Source: Dehalococcoidia bacterium
GTDB taxonomy: Bacteria > Chloroflexota > Dehalococcoidia > Plut-88900
Direction of reading: 5' to 3'
NCBI GenBank assembly: GCA_965249275.1
Contig: CBDFLQ010000006.1
Span: 160,001 to 224,000 of the forward strand
DNA length: 64,000 nt
The translations under genes were made by a program, and so were the position numbers. This document shows, in pieces, positions 60,793-64,000 of this stretch. Each line of letters starts with the position of its first letter. Position 1 is the first letter of the stretch. Below the pieces are notes generated by a model that searched no databases, was not told where the DNA came from, and saw only the letters and a program-made list of their open reading frames with translations.

Positions 60793-61920
60793 ATGCCCAA
60801 CGAAGTTGTTGACTTTGACTCCCTGGTCAAGGTCATAGAAACGATACATAAGGCCATCAGCCGGGACGGTCGTACCATCGGGGCCAACGAGACCCGCACC
60901 CGCAACACGCTCATCGATCCTCTGCTCCGCGCCCTCGGTTGGGACGATCCATCTGTGGTGACCCAAGAATATCTTGTGCGATACGGAGCGAAAGAGTTCG
61001 AATACGGCGTGGCGGACTATGCACTCCACCCGCTGGGTCAGCGCGCGAACCCCATAGCTTTTCTAGAAGCCAAACGAATGAAGGAGGATTTGACCGACGA
61101 GCACCGCAACCAGGTGTTTACCTATGTCCTAGACAAGGGGGGTAGCGTCCGGCAATTTGGTCTAACCAACGGCGACCGCTGGGAGTTCTACGAGCTCAAT
61201 GAAGACGAGCCTTGTAAGAAATTCGAGTTCTCCATCCACAAGCAGTCCGCATCGGACTGCACCGGCCTGCTTTTCAGCCATTTCCCGATGTTGAACAAAC
61301 CCCGAAACGAAGGAAACCTACAACAGGTTGAAGTCCTAATGCCTGCAATGCACAGGTCCAGTGCTCTCTCGCATGCGCCCGCTACTCACTATAGTACGTC
61401 AAACAGGTCAGCCGGTCATGTTGATGTGTACAAGATTCTGACTTGGTTCGGCGTTTCCTTTGCTATTTGGATCATCTTAGGCTGGATAGGCGGGGTTCTT
61501 GAGGCGGAGCCTGTCGAAGGTTTTTTCGCAACTTTGGGCTTGTTTGTCTCGGTATTCTTGCTTATTGCCCTGGCATTTCTCCTCTGGCGCATTTCTCCAT
61601 CTACTCTAAAATCGATTCTGAGTTTCCTACAACTGAAGCGACTGTTCGCACCAACAAGAGGAGACAGGCTCAAGACTTGGACTTTGGTAGTCGTGGCCAT
61701 AGTTGGCGGCTTCTTCGCCGGAGGGTTTCTCGGCAACTTTATAGGCTCGCTGTCGGCAAAGTCTGTAGTGTCTGCTTTGGAAATTCTGGGCCAGTTGACT
61801 ACAATTGTCCTAGTTACTGTTCTGCTCATTTCTTTTGGGGCGGGAATGGCACGTCGTTCCAGCAAGAGACGGCGGGAAGGTTGGAGGCCGCGGTCTTCCT
61901 ATCGAAAGCGGCGCTGGTAA
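60793..61920 (+). CDS. HsdR_N-like PD-(D/E)xK nuclease domain fused to about four transmembrane helices
   Basis: NETRTR..LIDPLL.ALGWD, ADYAL, FLEAKR, QVFTY and LTNGDRW motifs; hydrophobic C-terminal half; Arg-rich tail. Confidence 0.8.
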   Translation: MPNEVVDFDSLVKVIETIHKAISRDGRTIGANETRTRNTLIDPLLRALGWDDPSVVTQEYLVRYGAKEFEYGVADYALHPLGQRANPIAFLEAKRMKEDLTDEHRNQVFTYVLDKGGSVRQFGLTNGDRWEFYELNEDEPCKKFEFSIHKQSASDCTGLLFSHFPMLNKPRNEGNLQQVEVLMPAMHRSSALSHAPATHYSTSNRSAGHVDVYKILTWFGVSFAIWIILGWIGGVLEAEPVEGFFATLGLFVSVFLLIALAFLLWRISPSTLKSILSFLQLKRLFAPTRGDRLKTWTLVVVAIVGGFFAGGFLGNFIGSLSAKSVVSALEILGQLTTIVLVTVLLISFGAGMARRSSKRRREGWRPRSSYRKRRW

Positions 61921-61997
61921 GGCGAAAATCCCAAGAAGTCTTCGTACCGTGGCCCAGTAAGAGCCCACCCCCCACCCCCCCCAACCCCCTTAACCCT

Positions 61998-62077
61998 GTC
62001 ATTCCGGTCGCCGAGAGCCGGAATCCATCCCCAAGGGCGGGGCCGTTCACCCTGAGCCCCGTCGAAGGATCGAGCGG
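61998..62077 (+). repeat. REP cluster
   Basis: gtcattccggtcgccgagagccggaatcc and ccgttcaccctgagccccgtcgaaggatcgagcgg. Confidence 0.75.
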
Positions 62078-62175
62078 GATGTGGTGGCCCTGCACTGCCA
62101 ATCCGTCGCGTACTATCGCCCCCACCCACTTACCTCTCATCCATCCAACAATTCCCTCCCCTCCCCCTTGGTAAC

Positions 62176-62248
62176 GACATATCAGCCATGTTGCAAAGCA
62201 ACATGGCTGATATGTCAATGAAACAGGGCGGGTGGGTGGGAACCAATT
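62176..62248 (+). repeat. Perfect 19-bp hairpin plus GGGCGGGTGGG tail
   Basis: gacatatcagccatgttgc-aaa-gcaacatggctgatatgtc. Confidence 0.8.
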
Positions 62249-62364
62249 AAACGGGGTTGGGAGGGGCCCTACCCCCTCTCCCTCTGATATGAGAGGGTTG
62301 GGGCCGTAGGCTCGCTGAGGAGAGTGAGGGTGATTCCCCTCCTGGTAGGTGCGCCACCACCCCC

Positions 62365-62394
62365 TTGACCAAATCAAAACATTCGTGCTATATT
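62365..62394 (+). promoter_or_regulatory. Sigma70 promoter with degenerate SOS box
   Basis: TTGACC-18 nt-TATATT with a TGn extension; AAAC-ATTC-GTGC abuts the -10, the same layout as 18089-18118. Confidence 0.55.
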
Positions 62395-62452
62395 ACATCC
62401 CAGGCTTCGGCCACGTATGTCGAGCCTAATCAGGAAAGGATCAAGGAGTCCC

Positions 62453-63103
62453 ATGAGTCGCAACAGCCTAACCAGCACACGTCGTAACCGAGCGGTATGG
62501 GACCGCCCGGCAACCGGCACGCGCCTCCTCCTTAGGCCCCAACCCTACCCCGTGTCCCTCGGCAACACCATGAATCCACTGAGGATGACCCTAATAGCCA
62601 GCGCTCCCTCTCGGCCACCTTTCCCGCAGCGACAACTCGCCGCGGATGCCTGCGGGCTCCTCCCGCAGATGATTTCCCTCGGCTACCCTGGCCACCGTGC
62701 TAGCGGCTTCGCCGCGGATGCCCGCTTTCCCTCGCCGCGGATGATAACCCACGGCTCACACCCCCAGCGAGCTTGCCCCACGACCGTGGATGCCTGCGGC
62801 ATTGCGCCGCGGATGATTTCCCGCTCCGCCCTCATCGGCGTAGAAGCGGATGCCTGCGGCATTGCGCCGCGGATGATCTCCCGCTTCTCCCTCCTTGGCG
62901 TAGAAGCGGATGCCTGCGGCATTGCGCCGCGGATGATCTCCCACGTCCCGTCCCAGGCCGCAGAGGGAGCGCTGGCAACCCTCATCCTCACCTTGTCCCA
63001 GTCCCTTTCCCTCTGTCCATCTTCCTCCCGTAGGGGCGACTGGCCGGTCGCCCTGGGGACAGGAATCCCCACCCCCCTCCACCCACGAAAGGAGGCTGTC
63101 TAA
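62453..63103 (+). CDS. Hypothetical repeat-containing protein (ADACGIAPRMIS x5); coding status uncertain
   Basis: AAGGAG RBS before the ATG at 62453 and a promoter upstream; all repeat periods are multiples of 3. Confidence 0.4.
   Translation: MSRNSLTSTRRNRAVWDRPATGTRLLLRPQPYPVSLGNTMNPLRMTLIASAPSRPPFPQRQLAADACGLLPQMISLGYPGHRASGFAADARFPSPRMITHGSHPQRACPTTVDACGIAPRMISRSALIGVEADACGIAPRMISRFSLLGVEADACGIAPRMISHVPSQAAEGALATLILTLSQSLSLCPSSSRRGDWPVALGTGIPTPLHPRKEAV
62642..62942 (+). repeat. Array of five 37-nt hairpin repeats with 35/35/23/23-nt spacers
   Basis: Units start at 62642, 62714, 62786, 62846 and 62906; consensus GCGGATGC-CTGCGGC-N5-GCCGCGG-ATGATYTCCC. Confidence 0.9.
63030..63054 (+). 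repeat. GTAG-type REP hairpin
   Basis: gtaggggcgactggccggtcgccct. Confidence 0.7.
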
Positions 63104-63213
63104 CCTCCCACACTCCACAACCGAATATGAAACATCCGCCTTTGGCGGAGCCGCTTCAACAGGGCCAAAAACTTCACAACCTGGATGCGGGGGCGGTCCC
63201 CCACCCCTCACAT

Positions 63214-63244
63214 AAGAGAAAAGCGCCGACCCAATCGCCAGCGC
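63214..63244 (-). terminator. Probable intrinsic terminator of the LLM gene
   Basis: Minus strand gcgctggc-gattgg-gtcggcgc followed by ttttctctt. Confidence 0.5.
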
Positions 63245-63272
63245 TTTCCCTGCTCAAAGCGGAATATGCAGG

Positions 63273-63998
63273 TCAATTCCTGAAGTAAGGCATCACCTTC
63301 TCGGATATCTCCCTCATCATCCCCTTCTTGTCGATAATCGAGAACAGTACCGTGGAAACGTTGTCTATCCCGAGCGGCTGCAGCTTCTCGATCTGCTCCC
63401 CGATATCATCCGGAGTCCCCGACAACATGAATGTGTCGATCACTCGCGGCGACACAACCAGGGAGTGCGGTGCGTCCGTCAATTCGTGCTGGTACGGATC
63501 GAAGGCGTCATATACCGCTTTGATCTCCTCAACTATGCCCGGTTGCACCTCTTCCATCCGGTTCCGCAGGTCCTCGACCTCCGGGGTCTGTCGTCTCAAC
63601 AGCGACCTGTACATCTCACACGCACACGTTGCCGCATAGGAAGCCACTTCCCTCCGAGCCGCTTCCTTGGAAGGCGCAACGTAGATCATAGTACGCGCCC
63701 ATTTATCTATGTCGTCCAGCGACCTCCCCGCCTTCTCCGCCCCCTTCTCCATTACCTCCAGGCTCCACTTCAAGATCGTCGGATTCACGCCTATCAGGAT
63801 CGCTCCCTCCGCCAACTCCCCAGTCATCCGCAAAGACTTTGGCCCGACTGTTGCCATGTACACGGGAATCTGCCTGCGGCTCCACTCCGAGTGCATCATC
63901 GCACCGTCGTACTCCACTTCCTTGCCCGCCGTGTACCCCTTGAAGAACTCGATTACATTCCGAAATTCGTCCATCGACCGCGCCTTCATCCCCATCGT
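63273..63998 (-). CDS. LLM-class oxidoreductase (Mer-like), partial; 5' end lies beyond the window
   Basis: IPVYMATVGPKSLRMTGELAEG and LSGTPDDIGEQIEKL motifs. Confidence 0.85.
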   Translation of the reverse strand, partial: TMGMKARSMDEFRNVIEFFKGYTAGKEVEYDGAMMHSEWSRRQIPVYMATVGPKSLRMTGELAEGAILIGVNPTILKWSLEVMEKGAEKAGRSLDDIDKWARTMIYVAPSKEAARREVASYAATCACEMYRSLLRRQTPEVEDLRNRMEEVQPGIVEEIKAVYDAFDPYQHELTDAPHSLVVSPRVIDTFMLSGTPDDIGEQIEKLQPLGIDNVSTVLFSIIDKKGMMREISEKVMPYFRN

Positions 63999-64000
63999 CA

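Noticed and set aside
62642-62942. Calling the array a CRISPR
   Set aside because: No cas genes in the window, repeats vary internally, spacer lengths are unequal, spacers 3 and 4 are near-duplicates, and there is no typical 3' GAAAC/ATTGAAA end. Kept as an unexplained array.
1-64000. tRNA, rRNA, integrase, prophage or intact transposase genes
   Set aside because: None recognised by eye; a tRNAscan-SE/Infernal run would be needed to exclude small RNAs.

Overview
GC-rich bacterial chromosome segment. The gene content suggests Chloroflexota, most likely Dehalococcoidia/SAR202-like; this is an inference from the expanded LLM oxidoreductases, amidohydrolases, family III CoA-transferases and SDRs, the short EF-Ts and the GAAC-N4-GTTC-type SOS boxes. 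Housekeeping blocks: lexA 3' end, trpA-aroH, rpsB-tsf-pyrH-frr-uppS-cdsA-dxr-rseP-(insert)-ispG-(insert)-proS, TetR-menFDH/menC(inverted)/menBA, polA-mutM(frameshifted), rsmD-coaD and sdhAB plus a CCG-domain subunit. Catabolic genes include a xanthine dehydrogenase-family molybdoenzyme operon and a DddP-like M24 enzyme. I found no rRNA, tRNA, cas or intact transposase gene. The most unusual signals are non-coding or unannotated: (1) a five-unit 37-nt covarying hairpin array behind an SOS-type promoter at 62.4-62.9 kb, next to a nuclease-transmembrane fusion gene; (2) nested non-autonomous elements: co-oriented REP-like hairpins, a ~130-bp MITE inserted at REP loops, and 21-22-nt micro-insertions; (3) two tandem desulforedoxin-like mini-proteins, one missing from the ORF track and the other over-extended there; (4) an in-frame amber codon in a duplicated ankyrin gene. 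Coordinates were read by eye and may be off by a few bases.
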